Assembly: GCA_023139045.1 (NCBI GenBank)
Contig: JAGLOJ010000044.1
Coordinates: 23,274 to 87,273, forward strand
DNA: 64,000 nucleotides
From: Candidatus Sabulitectum sp.
GTDB taxonomy: Bacteria > Fermentibacterota > Fermentibacteria > Fermentibacterales > JCC-6
Direction: 5' to 3'
In this document: piece after piece, positions 47,192 to 57,152 of the stretch
How the letters are laid out: each line of letters begins with the position of its first letter
How positions within the stretch are numbered: position 1 is the first letter of the stretch
Notes under the pieces: generated by a model
Databases searched by the model: none
Seen by the model: only the letters and a program-made list of their open reading frames with translations
Told to the model about the DNA's origin: nothing
Program-made: the position numbers and the translations under genes

Positions 47192-47295
47192 ATATGATAC
47201 CGCATTAAACTAATTGTTTTCTCGCTGCATTCCAAATTTGACCGATTGTTTCAACCTTAATGACAAGGCATATTGCTAACAACAAAGGAGAAATC

Positions 47296-48087
47296 ATGAG
47301 AGAATGGAAAAAGAACAGGGAAATGATGAAATCTCACTTTGATTCAGATGCTTTTGCAGGTGAAGAGTCGGATCAGACTCTCGGAATGAAACAGCCGCCT
47401 CTGGAAATTGAACCACTGCCTGACTCAAGAATAATTGATCTTCCAGAGTCATCTGCTGCAGAATTGACGGAGCAGAACATCTACAAGTGCTTTCTCAAAC
47501 GGAAAAGCAGGCGAAAGTATTCGGAAGAATCAATCAGCCTGAAGGAACTCTCCTATATGCTGTGGGCCACCCAGGGACTGAAGAGGATTGTACCTGCCTA
47601 CTCAATGACCGGAAAAGCAACTCTCAGAACTGTTCCTTCAGCAGGCGCCCGTCATACCTTCGAAACCTACCTGGCAGTAAACGATGTAACAGGCCTGGAA
47701 TCAGGTATCTATCGATACTCCGCACTTAACCACAACATTGTGTTCCTTTTCAAAATAGCAGATATGAAGAAAAAACTTACTGAAGCTGCTGTTGGTCAGA
47801 GTTATGTGGGCAGGGCTCCTGTGATTTTCCTATGGGCCTGCAAACCTTACCTCGGAGAGTGGCGATACAAGGGCGAATCTCACAAAGCAATGCTTCTTGA
47901 TGCAGGCCATGTCTGCCAGAATCTTTATCTGGCCGCTGAATCGCTTAACCTTGGTACCGTGGCAATTGCGGCGTACTCTCAGAACAAGGTGGACGAACTG
48001 CTGAGGCTGGATGGAAACGATGAGTTCATAGTATACCTGGCTCCCGTTGGAAAGGTGGAGAACGCTTATCGACACCAGCATGATTAA
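47296..48087 (+). CDS. SagB-type dehydrogenase domain protein (nitroreductase superfamily)
   Basis: RTVPSAGARHTFETYL is the SagB/ThcOx signature (PSAGA..P). The C-terminus is GHVCQNLYLAAESLNLGTVAIAAY. The ribosome-binding site AAAGGAG is present. Confidence 0.75.
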   Translation: MREWKKNREMMKSHFDSDAFAGEESDQTLGMKQPPLEIEPLPDSRIIDLPESSAAELTEQNIYKCFLKRKSRRKYSEESISLKELSYMLWATQGLKRIVPAYSMTGKATLRTVPSAGARHTFETYLAVNDVTGLESGIYRYSALNHNIVFLFKIADMKKKLTEAAVGQSYVGRAPVIFLWACKPYLGEWRYKGESHKAMLLDAGHVCQNLYLAAESLNLGTVAIAAYSQNKVDELLRLDGNDEFIVYLAPVGKVENAYRHQHD

Positions 48088-48189
48088 GCTCGCAGGAGAT
48101 CAAGCAGTGAGCCCCGGCCATGTCACTGTTGAACAGACTCTTTTCCTGAAGTTGCAGCCACCCTTACTCAAGCAGTTCAGGGAGCTTAG

Positions 48190-50400
48190 TTGAGTACTTC
48201 AAACGTAGATACAGCTCCTAAATTTGGCACTTTCCTTGGTGTTTTCACACCGAGTGTCTTAACCATCCTTGGTCTTGTTCTTTACCTCAGAATCGGATGG
48301 GTAGTAGGTAACCTCGGGCTGGCTCAGACCATCCTGATTGTGTTGATAGCAAGTTCCATTACATTCATCACCGGGCTGAGCGCCTCAGCAATAGCCACGA
48401 ATATTCGGATCGGTGTAGGTGGCGAGTACTACATGATCTCACACAGCCTCGGGCTTGAATTCGGGGGAGCTATCGGCATTCCACTGTACCTTTGCCGTAC
48501 TTTAAGCTTGACCTTCTACAGTTTCGGGCTGGCTGAGGGAGTTCAACTTATGATGACCAGGTGGCATGGGCCAATGGCTGAATATACCGTCCCTCTTATT
48601 GCAGCGGCCATCATTGTTGTTGTTACCACCCTCTCGGGGAAAAGTGCTTCACTGGCACTTAAGCTTCAGATACCAATAATGATTGCAGTAGCAGTATCAA
48701 TTGCTGCTTTGATAATCGGTGCTGTTTCCTCCGGTTTCAGGGCACCTGAAATGATCTCCACCTACAGAACAGCACCCCAGGGCTTCTGGTATGTCTTCGC
48801 AATATTTTTTCCTGCTGTAACTGGTTTCACCGCAGGAATCGGAATGAGCGGTGACCTGAAAAACCCCAGCAAAAGCATCCCCAGAGGAACACTTATTGCA
48901 GTTCTGACTGGAGCAATAATCTATGTTATTGTTCCCATCATTTTTTCAATCACCAACTCTGTAAGTTTTGAAGAGCTTGCAAAGCCTGGAATGAACGCCT
49001 GGACCACAACCGCTTTCCTTGGAAGTGTTCTTGTGTTTGCAGGAATGTGGGGGGCAATACTCTCATCGGCATTTGGCAGTGCTCTTACCGGTCCCAGAGT
49101 TCTGCAGGCTCTTTCTGAAGACGGCCTTGCACCCAGGCTCCTTTCCCGCCTTTCAAACAATGGGCAACCGACAGTTGCCACCTGGATAACAGGTGCTCTT
49201 GCTCTTACTGCCGTTCTTCTTGGTTCTCTGAATGCTGTGGCACAGTTTGTAACAATCCTGTTCCTTACTCTCTATGTTATCATAAATTTCAGTGCTGCAA
49301 TAGAAAAACTGGTTCGCGATCCGTCCTATCGACCCACCATAAATGTTCCCTGGTATGTATCAATACTTGGATCTCTGGGTGCAATATTTGTTATGCTGCT
49401 GCTTAATCCCTTCGCGTGTTTTATGGCCATCGTAATTGAAATGATTATTTACTTCATACTTCGCAGAAAAGCTCTTGGGAAACGGTGGGGTGATGTGAGG
49501 GCGGGTTTCTGGTTTGCCCTTACAAGACATGCCCTGATCAAACTTGAGGGGCACAGCATAGATCCCAGAAACTGGCGCCCCAACATTACTGTTTTTACAG
49601 AAGAGATTGAAGAAGAAATTGATATGGTTTACCTGGCAACCTGCTTCAACCAGAAGATGGGGGTTGTAAATGTCTGTCGGATATTCGAAGGGCGGCTCAG
49701 TAGAGAGAACATTGATATCAGAAAGATGGAATCATTCATGAAAAAAATTCTATCTGACCATAATCTTTCCGCCTTCTGCAAGGTAAATGTTTCACCTGAT
49801 TTCATTCAGGGAGCAATTGATGTGGCTCAGATAAACGGTATTGGGCATCTCCGTTCAAATACTGTGATGTTCGGATGGCCCAGTGATGATGTCAAGCTTG
49901 ATCTGATGCTTATGATCATGCGCACGATTTCCACCATAGGCAGAAGCACAATTATTACCAAATTGAAAGAGTTGAAGAACAGAGGCTTTTACAGACAGAT
50001 CGATATCTGGTGGGGCGGAATGGAAAACAACGGAGACCTGATGCTTCTTCTGGCGCACCTGCTGCGTATGAATCCAATGTGGAGAGAAGCGAGAATAGTG
50101 CTCAGGTCCATAGTGGAAGATCCTGCAAGGAAGACAGAAGTAGAACAGAGCCTGTCTGATACCATCAGCTCTGTAAGAATCAAGGCTGAAGGAGAGGTCA
50201 TTGTAAATGATTCCCGGGCCAGCATCGCAGAAGTAATCAGAGACAACAGCCGGCAGGCAGACATCACCTTCATGGGGTTGATGATACCTGAAAGCGGATA
50301 TGAGCACGAATACAGTAAAAAACTGATTGAACTTTCAGAAGGCCTTCAATCCGTCGTCTTTGTGCGAAACGCCAGTGAATTCTCCGGCAAACTCCTGTAA
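48190..50400 (+). CDS. APC-superfamily transporter (amino acid permease / cation-chloride-cotransporter-like) with a large cytoplasmic C-terminal domain
   Basis: About 12 TM helices fill the first 450 aa or so, and then a soluble domain of about 280 aa follows. This layout is like bacterial SLC12 homologs. Confidence 0.65.
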   Translation: MSTSNVDTAPKFGTFLGVFTPSVLTILGLVLYLRIGWVVGNLGLAQTILIVLIASSITFITGLSASAIATNIRIGVGGEYYMISHSLGLEFGGAIGIPLYLCRTLSLTFYSFGLAEGVQLMMTRWHGPMAEYTVPLIAAAIIVVVTTLSGKSASLALKLQIPIMIAVAVSIAALIIGAVSSGFRAPEMISTYRTAPQGFWYVFAIFFPAVTGFTAGIGMSGDLKNPSKSIPRGTLIAVLTGAIIYVIVPIIFSITNSVSFEELAKPGMNAWTTTAFLGSVLVFAGMWGAILSSAFGSALTGPRVLQALSEDGLAPRLLSRLSNNGQPTVATWITGALALTAVLLGSLNAVAQFVTILFLTLYVIINFSAAIEKLVRDPSYRPTINVPWYVSILGSLGAIFVMLLLNPFACFMAIVIEMIIYFILRRKALGKRWGDVRAGFWFALTRHALIKLEGHSIDPRNWRPNITVFTEEIEEEIDMVYLATCFNQKMGVVNVCRIFEGRLSRENIDIRKMESFMKKILSDHNLSAFCKVNVSPDFIQGAIDVAQINGIGHLRSNTVMFGWPSDDVKLDLMLMIMRTISTIGRSTIITKLKELKNRGFYRQIDIWWGGMENNGDLMLLLAHLLRMNPMWREARIVLRSIVEDPARKTEVEQSLSDTISSVRIKAEGEVIVNDSRASIAEVIRDNSRQADITFMGLMIPESGYEHEYSKKLIELSEGLQSVVFVRNASEFSGKLL

Positions 50401-50426
50401 CCGCCCTTTCCTGCAATGACAATTCG

Positions 50427-51809
50427 TCATTTAATCTGCTGAAACAGTCTTGGAAGTTGCTCAATCAAATACAACGGCAGAGAGAGTAAATCACATTCAA
50501 CCTGCACAGTCGCGCCGGCTTGAGCAAGCCCGTGACTTATGTGCTGTAGAGATGGCGGGTTAAGATCGAAACGCACCGCTCTGGTGCATTTCTTCTGAGA
50601 AACAAACTGAAGTAGAGATTTTAGAGATCCGCTTTTCCCCGCCTTCACTTCAACCGGCACTATTGACTGGTCAAGCTGAATCAGGAAATCAACCTCTGCA
50701 TTTGCCGTTCTTCCCTCTCGCAACCAGTATGTAAGTGATTTAAAACCGGATGTTCTACCCATACTGCAAAGATGCTGGGCAATAAACTGTTCGGTGATTT
50801 TTCCCCTATTTATAAATGAAACAGTCTGTAACTCCTCCAGCGATATTCTGGTAACTCCGCACATGTGATTAACTAAACCGCAATCCAGAAAGTAGGGCTT
50901 GAATATGCGTTCATTAATTGTTGCTCCCAAAGGCAATCCCGACCCATCAGTGTGGTATGTCTTCACTATCAACTGGGCTTTCACCAGCAACTCAAGCGCT
51001 GTACGAACATCCCGCGCATGTGAATCAGGGCTGACTCGGAAATACTTGAACTTTTCACCAATTCCACGGGGCACATACTCAAATATCCTGTGGATCATCT
51101 GCAAAGCAGACCTGCGGGAATACTTGGCAAAGTCGTCCTTGTATGTCTCAGTGATAGAGGCATGAACATCTGTCACCTGGCTGAAATCCTCACCTGATTC
51201 GATGTACCGCTGTACAGCTTCAGGCATGCCTCCTGTAAGAAAATACTTCCTCTGCAGATCCAGAAGCCGGGCATGGGCTGTACCTGGAAAATCATCGCCA
51301 ATCTGATGCGTTCTCAAGAGGGCAAGAAGATCATCCTGAGACATTGCCTCAAGTACTTCTTCAAAACTCATAGGATAAAGGAAAAGGTATTGTATTCTAC
51401 CCACAGGCATTGAAATACTGTGTTTTGCCAGAGTAAACTCCAGAAGAGAACCAGCTGCAATCAGAGGGATATGAGGATGCTCCTCAAAGAAGTAGCGCAA
51501 AGATTGAATTGCTTCGGGAATGGCTTGAATCTCATCCAGAAATATGAGATCTTTTCCGGTGCGAATACTGCCTTTTCCGCAGAGATATTCCAACTCCTGG
51601 ATGATTCTACCAGGATCATTTGTTTTAAACACAGAAACTAGAGTGGGATGCCGCTCCAGATTGACTTCATGTAAATTAAGACCATTCTTTTCTGCGAATT
51701 GCCGAACCAGAGTTGATTTCCCAACCTGTCTTGCGCCGTGAATCACAAGTGGCTTTCTGGATGATGCTCCCAGCCAGCGGAATAGATTTTTCTCAGCAAA
51801 GCGTTTCAT
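50427..51809 (-). CDS. AAA-family ATPase with a DUF4143-type C-terminal domain (COG1373)
   Basis: P-loop IHGARQVGKSTLVRQ and Walker B LIFLDEIQ. Size is 460 aa. Confidence 0.7.
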   Translation of the reverse strand: MKRFAEKNLFRWLGASSRKPLVIHGARQVGKSTLVRQFAEKNGLNLHEVNLERHPTLVSVFKTNDPGRIIQELEYLCGKGSIRTGKDLIFLDEIQAIPEAIQSLRYFFEEHPHIPLIAAGSLLEFTLAKHSISMPVGRIQYLFLYPMSFEEVLEAMSQDDLLALLRTHQIGDDFPGTAHARLLDLQRKYFLTGGMPEAVQRYIESGEDFSQVTDVHASITETYKDDFAKYSRRSALQMIHRIFEYVPRGIGEKFKYFRVSPDSHARDVRTALELLVKAQLIVKTYHTDGSGLPLGATINERIFKPYFLDCGLVNHMCGVTRISLEELQTVSFINRGKITEQFIAQHLCSMGRTSGFKSLTYWLREGRTANAEVDFLIQLDQSIVPVEVKAGKSGSLKSLLQFVSQKKCTRAVRFDLNPPSLQHISHGLAQAGATVQVECDLLSLPLYLIEQLPRLFQQIK

Positions 51810-51912
51810 TCATCACCTCCTGAACTTGATATTGGCCATATCATACCCCTCTTTTCACCACTCAATGTACATATCATACCCTTATTATACACACTATGCA
51901 ATATTTCAGTTT
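51700..51912. repeat. Direct repeat copy 1, about 213 bp. It covers the 5' coding end, the start codon and the upstream region of the COG1373 ATPase gene.
   Basis: It is near-identical to 53670..53884, with a handful of mismatches read by eye. Confidence 0.85.
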
Positions 51913-52223
51913 TGCTGAGTCTCGATCTTTCATCCCATTGTCCAAAAACAGTAGAAGCAAGACGACTACAGTATCTGCACTGCTCACTTTAGATCTGTCA
52001 TCAAATTCAAAGGCTATGATCACTTGAGGCAGGAACCGATCTCGCAAGGGAGGGTACAAAGAAATGCCTTTGCAACTACGGCAGATCTGGTTTCCTGATT
52101 CTTGAACAGCTCAGATCCAAAGGGTATAGAGTTCCCTTGAGCTCTTCACAGCTCAGTGCTTTAAAGGCTTCATTCTTGAATGGTTGCGGCAACGACTTAC
52201 AGATTGTGTCCAAATTAGCACTT

Positions 52224-53576
52224 TCAATATCCAAAAGCCTGGGCCCCAGCAGGAGCATCTTCATTTCTCAGTAGCCACTTCCATGCTGGAATTATATCTA
52301 TCTTACCACTGTATGTTTCAATTGTTTCTTCATCATGAAGAGAAATGACAGTACTCTTTGAAAGCTTCAGCTCTTCCATTGCCTCACTAAGTGCCCGAAT
52401 TTCTCGATTTCGAGTTTTCAAGTTTGTTAAGTCTGCACAAACTTGGATGAGTTCAAAAACAGTGTTTGTTTCCGGATCACCTGTAATGAAATCAACTTCA
52501 TGTTTGCTGTTAGTGATATAGTAACTGATCGAGGCATCACGACGGAAGTAAAATCGTTTTCGCAGATTCAGAAAAACACAGTTTTCTAGTCTCGATCCCA
52601 GATTTGAGACTCCAGCAGATGAGACAGAAAAAGACAAACCTGGATCGATGGTGTAGATCTTCCTGGGGTTAACCTCTCTAACTCTTAAAGATCTGTTGAA
52701 TACAGAAATTGGAAACAAAAGAAAAGCGTCCTCAAAATGTGCAACAAGGTTATACAGCATTTCTTTACCTACTGAGATTCCTCTTGATTTGAAATCGTAA
52801 AAAACTCTATTAACTGAAAACAAGGAACCAGAGTTTTGCAGAAGCATTCGGGCGAAAGATCTAACTGCATTGATATTCTTTATTGAGTACCGCTCAATAA
52901 TGTCTCTTACTAAAACCAGCTCAACATAATCCTGTAAAACTTGATTTCTTTGATAATCATTCATTGATTGAATCCCTGGAAAACCACCCTGGTCAAGATA
53001 CTTCTTGAATAGATCCTCCATATCAAAAACTGTTTTACCCGGAGGATATTCTGGTGGCAGTTCTATTTCATGGAAAAGCAGGAATTCTTCAAAACTCAAC
53101 GGAAACAGCTCCCTTGCAAATCCCCTTCCTCTGAATTCAGTTGCCACTTCTGTAGAAAGCAATTTTGCTGAAGAACCTGTAACATAAAGACTGGCACTGG
53201 GATTATCCGTTATCCTCCGGGCGAATCGACTCCATCCTGAAATACTCTGAATCTCATCTAAAAACAGATGAAAGCTTCCCTCCCTGGCTTGTGGACTAAT
53301 CCGAAAGAAAGCATCCAGCAGATCTGACAGAATCCCAGATCCGTATGGATGTAATCTGTCGTCTTCAAGATTCAAGTATAAAATCGTTGAAGGATCCACT
53401 CCTTCTGAAATCAGTTTGTTTATGTGTTGAAACAATCGAAAAGTTTTACCTGTTCGCCTCATTCCAATAATAACCGAGGCCATGCCAGCCACTGGACTGA
53501 TATCCAAAATGCGAGGCCTGAGATCAGGAATCGGCCGAAACAACGAATCTGCTACGAATTGTTCTATGTGATTCAC
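52224..53576 (-). CDS. AAA-family ATPase with a DUF4143-type C-terminal domain (COG1373), a divergent paralog
   Basis: P-loop GMRRTGKTFRLFQ and Walker B HLFLDEIQ. Size is 450 aa. Confidence 0.7.
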   Translation of the reverse strand: MNHIEQFVADSLFRPIPDLRPRILDISPVAGMASVIIGMRRTGKTFRLFQHINKLISEGVDPSTILYLNLEDDRLHPYGSGILSDLLDAFFRISPQAREGSFHLFLDEIQSISGWSRFARRITDNPSASLYVTGSSAKLLSTEVATEFRGRGFARELFPLSFEEFLLFHEIELPPEYPPGKTVFDMEDLFKKYLDQGGFPGIQSMNDYQRNQVLQDYVELVLVRDIIERYSIKNINAVRSFARMLLQNSGSLFSVNRVFYDFKSRGISVGKEMLYNLVAHFEDAFLLFPISVFNRSLRVREVNPRKIYTIDPGLSFSVSSAGVSNLGSRLENCVFLNLRKRFYFRRDASISYYITNSKHEVDFITGDPETNTVFELIQVCADLTNLKTRNREIRALSEAMEELKLSKSTVISLHDEETIETYSGKIDIIPAWKWLLRNEDAPAGAQAFGY

Positions 53577-53669
53577 AATGTTTCCTTTCTATAAGGAAAC
53601 ATTACCTCAATTGTATACCTCTGTCAAGAGAACATGTACAAATATGAGACTGTAAGAACCTCTGTCAGA

Positions 53670-53884
53670 TTGCCGAACCAGAGTTGATTTCCCAACCTGT
53701 CTTGCGCCGCGAATCACAAGTGGCTTTCTGGATGATGCTTCCAGCCAGCGGAATAGATTTTTCTCAGCAAAGCGTTTCATTCATCACCTCCTGAACTTGA
53801 TATTGGCCATATCATACCCCTCTTTTCACCACTTGATGTACATATCATACCCTTATTATACACACTATGCAATATCGCAGTTTC
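53670..53884. repeat. Direct repeat copy 2. It contains a 5' remnant of about 37 codons of a COG1373 ATPase gene (53670..53780, minus strand) plus the duplicated upstream region.
   Basis: It aligns with 51700..51912. The remnant reads MKRFAEKNLFRWLEASSRKPLVIRGARQVGKSTLVRQ and then loses homology. Confidence 0.85.
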
Positions 53885-54133
53885 GAATCGGGATCAATTC
53901 AAGCCTTGCTGGATACCGATCTTTCTTCACGCAAATCAGAAACAGGCAGAAACAAGACCACAACATTAATTTCGCTATATTTCAGGTATGCCGGTTTATT
54001 TATTTGTAGTTCTTCTTTCCCCTATACCAGAATACGAGTTTTACATATTTTGCCTATCAAGCTCCATTCAGATTCAAGTAGAAGCCGTTTGCAGAGTAGA
54101 TCTGAATTGAAAAACAGCAGTACCACTTCCAAC

Positions 54134-55825
54134 ATGAGGAAACTCTGGCAAGACCGCAGGCTGCTTTTTCGCACCCTGACATTCCTCAAGCCATGGCTCA
54201 AATGGCATGCTCTTGGGCTTTTCCTCACAATTCTGGCTGCTGGTCTTGCTCTGGTTCAACCCTGGGTGACCAGGCTTCTTATTGATAAGGTTCTAATAGA
54301 TGGCAATACAGACCTGCTTCTTAAAATCTGCTTTGCCTATTTAGGAGCTGTACTTCTTGGTTCCCTCGTAGGTATGGCAATGTCGATTCTGTTCTCCTGG
54401 GTTGGCCAGAGCGCAGCAATAGACTTGAAGATGGCCCTGTACAAAAAGTTGAATACCCTGTCCATGGCCTTTACCGGCAGGAAAAGGGTGGGAGAACTGA
54501 TGGCGGGGTTTACCAGTGATATCCCCGTTATGCAGAGTTTGTACTCTTCAACCCTTTCAAGTACAATCAGTGAGGTAATCAGGTTCTTCGTAGTACTGGC
54601 AGTAATGATTTCTATTAACCCGCGACTTACCCTCCTGGCTGTACCATCCATTCCCCTGTTCGCCATAATTATTGCATTGGCAGGAACCATGCTGAAAAAG
54701 GCCAGTGCTGAAGTTCAAGAGAAAAGAGCTTTCTTCACTGCTACGCTTCAGGAACAGCTTTCAGGTCTCCGCACATCTGCTGCCTTCAATCTTGAGAACC
54801 GGGAAAGCGTTAAGTTCAAGAACTCCATGACAGATCTTATGCACTCAAGTATTCGCCTTACAGTTAAAGGCTTTGTAATGAATGCCGGTTCCCTGCTGGC
54901 ATCAACTACTCTCATTCTTGTGATATGGCTGGGTGGAAAAGAAGTAATTCAGGGCAGGATGGACGTTGGTGTACTGATTGCTTTCATCAGCTATTTCGGT
55001 ATGCTGTTTGGCCCTGTAGGCTCCATTGCCGGAATCGCCACACAGATTCTGAAAGCTATGGGTGCCGCAGAGAGGGTATTCACAGTCATAGATACAGAAC
55101 CCGCCGTGACAGAGCTTCCCGGTGCAGCAGAACTCACTGGTGTTAAGGGTAAGGTTGAATTCAAAAACATCAGTTTTTCCTACTCGGAAGAGTCTCCAGT
55201 TCTGAAGAATTTCAACGAGGTTATCCATGCAGGTGAAACAGTAGCCCTGTCCGGTGACAGCGGATCAGGCAAAACCACTCTGATATCTCTGTTGCTCCGT
55301 TTCTTCGATCCGGATAGCGGTGAAATTCTGATTGATGGAAACTCAACAAAAAACTTCACCCTTGAATCCCTCAGGAGAAACATCGGCGTGGTTTTTCAAG
55401 ATCCGTTCCTTTATCACTGTTCCGTGGCACAAAACATTCTTCTTGGCAGTCCTGAAGCATCAATGGACGAAATTGAAAAAGCGGCAAGGGCAGCCCATGC
55501 CCATGAGTTCATCACAACCTTGCCTGATGGTTACGATACTCTTGTCGGGGAACGGGGCAGCAGTTTATCCGGTGGGCAGGTTCAGAGGCTTGCCCTTGCC
55601 AGAGTATTCCTGAAGGATCCACCCATCGTTGTACTTGATGAAGCCACCAGCGCGCTTGACAGTAAAAGCGAGTCCAAAATACAGGATGCTGTTTCTCATC
55701 TTTTACAGAGCAGAACATGCCTTGTTATTGCTCACAGGCAATCTACTGTGGAGTCTGCTGACAGGGTAGTATCAGTTCCGCTTTTATCGGGCAATAACGA
55801 CATTACTCCCCTTGCTGCCAAATGA
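54134..55825 (+). CDS. ABC exporter, a fused transmembrane domain and ATPase (MsbA-like). The start is chosen at MRKLWQ.
   Basis: Six-TM ABC transmembrane domain, Walker A LSGDSGSGKTTLISLL, signature LSGGQVQRLALAR, and Walker B IVVLDEATSALD. Confidence 0.85.
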   Translation: MRKLWQDRRLLFRTLTFLKPWLKWHALGLFLTILAAGLALVQPWVTRLLIDKVLIDGNTDLLLKICFAYLGAVLLGSLVGMAMSILFSWVGQSAAIDLKMALYKKLNTLSMAFTGRKRVGELMAGFTSDIPVMQSLYSSTLSSTISEVIRFFVVLAVMISINPRLTLLAVPSIPLFAIIIALAGTMLKKASAEVQEKRAFFTATLQEQLSGLRTSAAFNLENRESVKFKNSMTDLMHSSIRLTVKGFVMNAGSLLASTTLILVIWLGGKEVIQGRMDVGVLIAFISYFGMLFGPVGSIAGIATQILKAMGAAERVFTVIDTEPAVTELPGAAELTGVKGKVEFKNISFSYSEESPVLKNFNEVIHAGETVALSGDSGSGKTTLISLLLRFFDPDSGEILIDGNSTKNFTLESLRRNIGVVFQDPFLYHCSVAQNILLGSPEASMDEIEKAARAAHAHEFITTLPDGYDTLVGERGSSLSGGQVQRLALARVFLKDPPIVVLDEATSALDSKSESKIQDAVSHLLQSRTCLVIAHRQSTVESADRVVSVPLLSGNNDITPLAAK

Positions 55826-55976
55826 GACTGTCGCTGGACAGATTATGATGCGTGAAGTGGAGCCCTTTTCAGACAGGAGCTATCTATTGCGGAAAAATAG
55901 AGGTATTGACACTCGAAAGTGGGGGGGGGTATATACGGTGGTGCTATTCACTAATTAACTTTTGGAAAGGTGAGAT

Positions 55977-57152
55977 TTGCCAGAGATGAAAATTGATTAT
56001 TATCTGCTTGCCGTAAGTACCTTACTGCTTTCCTGCAGTAAAGGGTATGAAGAGATGGATCCGGTCGCCTATCAGATAATTGAAAATCCTTCGGAAGTCA
56101 CTGTTGAACAGATAGCTGATATTCCATACATGTTTGCACATGATGGTTTGTTAATTCCTGGCAGCATTGATTCCTCTGATGATGTTATAGTTCTGGGGTT
56201 CTGTGGTGATTCTACGACTGCCGGTATATCAGCTTATGACTGGGAAGGAAAACTGCTCTGGTCAACAGAATATGGTACATATGGATATGCCTCAGCCGTA
56301 TGTGTTGATGGAAACAGGGTACTCTTTTCTGTTACTGATGAGATTCCGGTTCTTGATTCTGCCACAGGTGAAATGATTGAAACAATCAGCGCAGAAGGGC
56401 TCAGTGATATTCTTGTACTACCCGAGGCACCCGATGGACAGTCTATGCCAGACTTTAGACTCGCTCAGGGGATGGAAATACAAAGCGAGATTATGCTCTG
56501 GAATAAGCCGGAGTGTGATTTAAATTTCTCATATTGTGGATTCTTATCTGATTTGCACTGTTCCTTCCAAAGGTATCTCAGGGTTACACGAATCGATGGA
56601 TTATGGTATATCGGCATGACAGAGGGACATTACGAGCGCCTCAGTATTTATAAGGTACCGGATTTCCAGCATTCATTGCGACCAAAGGTATTCGATATTG
56701 CTCTGACAGACACATCGGTCGTCGCTATTCTTTCGTTTAGAGACATGGTGATGGAGTTTGCTTTTGATGGCAGGCTTATCAGAACGACATATTTTGGTCA
56801 TGAGCTTGAAGGTCCTATAAGTTTCACATACGACAGTTTTATGGGTAGTACAATTTTCAGGTATTTAATCGCTGATATTGATACCGATGACGAAGGCTGT
56901 ATTTACCTGCTTTACTCCGGTTACGGGGTTGGTCAAAACGGTAACGCCGAGATTTGGAAGGTGAATACTGTTTCCCTTACTGCTTCTATGGCCAGGCTGG
57001 ACCATTCCGCAGTGGCTTTCACGATTTGCGGCAGCAGAGCGGCCGTTGTGGAGCAGCAGCATGAGCCTGGCGAGGGTGATGAAATAGTATTAACCGGAAC
57101 CCCTTCGATTCATGTTTATCAGATAGAATGGGAGGACAGTACAAGTGTCTGA
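55977..57152 (+). CDS. Beta-propeller-like lipoprotein, a distant paralog of the NHL lipoproteins
   Basis: Lipobox LLSC. Composition is beta-rich. Its end overlaps the next lipoprotein gene. Confidence 0.55.
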   Translation: MPEMKIDYYLLAVSTLLLSCSKGYEEMDPVAYQIIENPSEVTVEQIADIPYMFAHDGLLIPGSIDSSDDVIVLGFCGDSTTAGISAYDWEGKLLWSTEYGTYGYASAVCVDGNRVLFSVTDEIPVLDSATGEMIETISAEGLSDILVLPEAPDGQSMPDFRLAQGMEIQSEIMLWNKPECDLNFSYCGFLSDLHCSFQRYLRVTRIDGLWYIGMTEGHYERLSIYKVPDFQHSLRPKVFDIALTDTSVVAILSFRDMVMEFAFDGRLIRTTYFGHELEGPISFTYDSFMGSTIFRYLIADIDTDDEGCIYLLYSGYGVGQNGNAEIWKVNTVSLTASMARLDHSAVAFTICGSRAAVVEQQHEPGEGDEIVLTGTPSIHVYQIEWEDSTSV

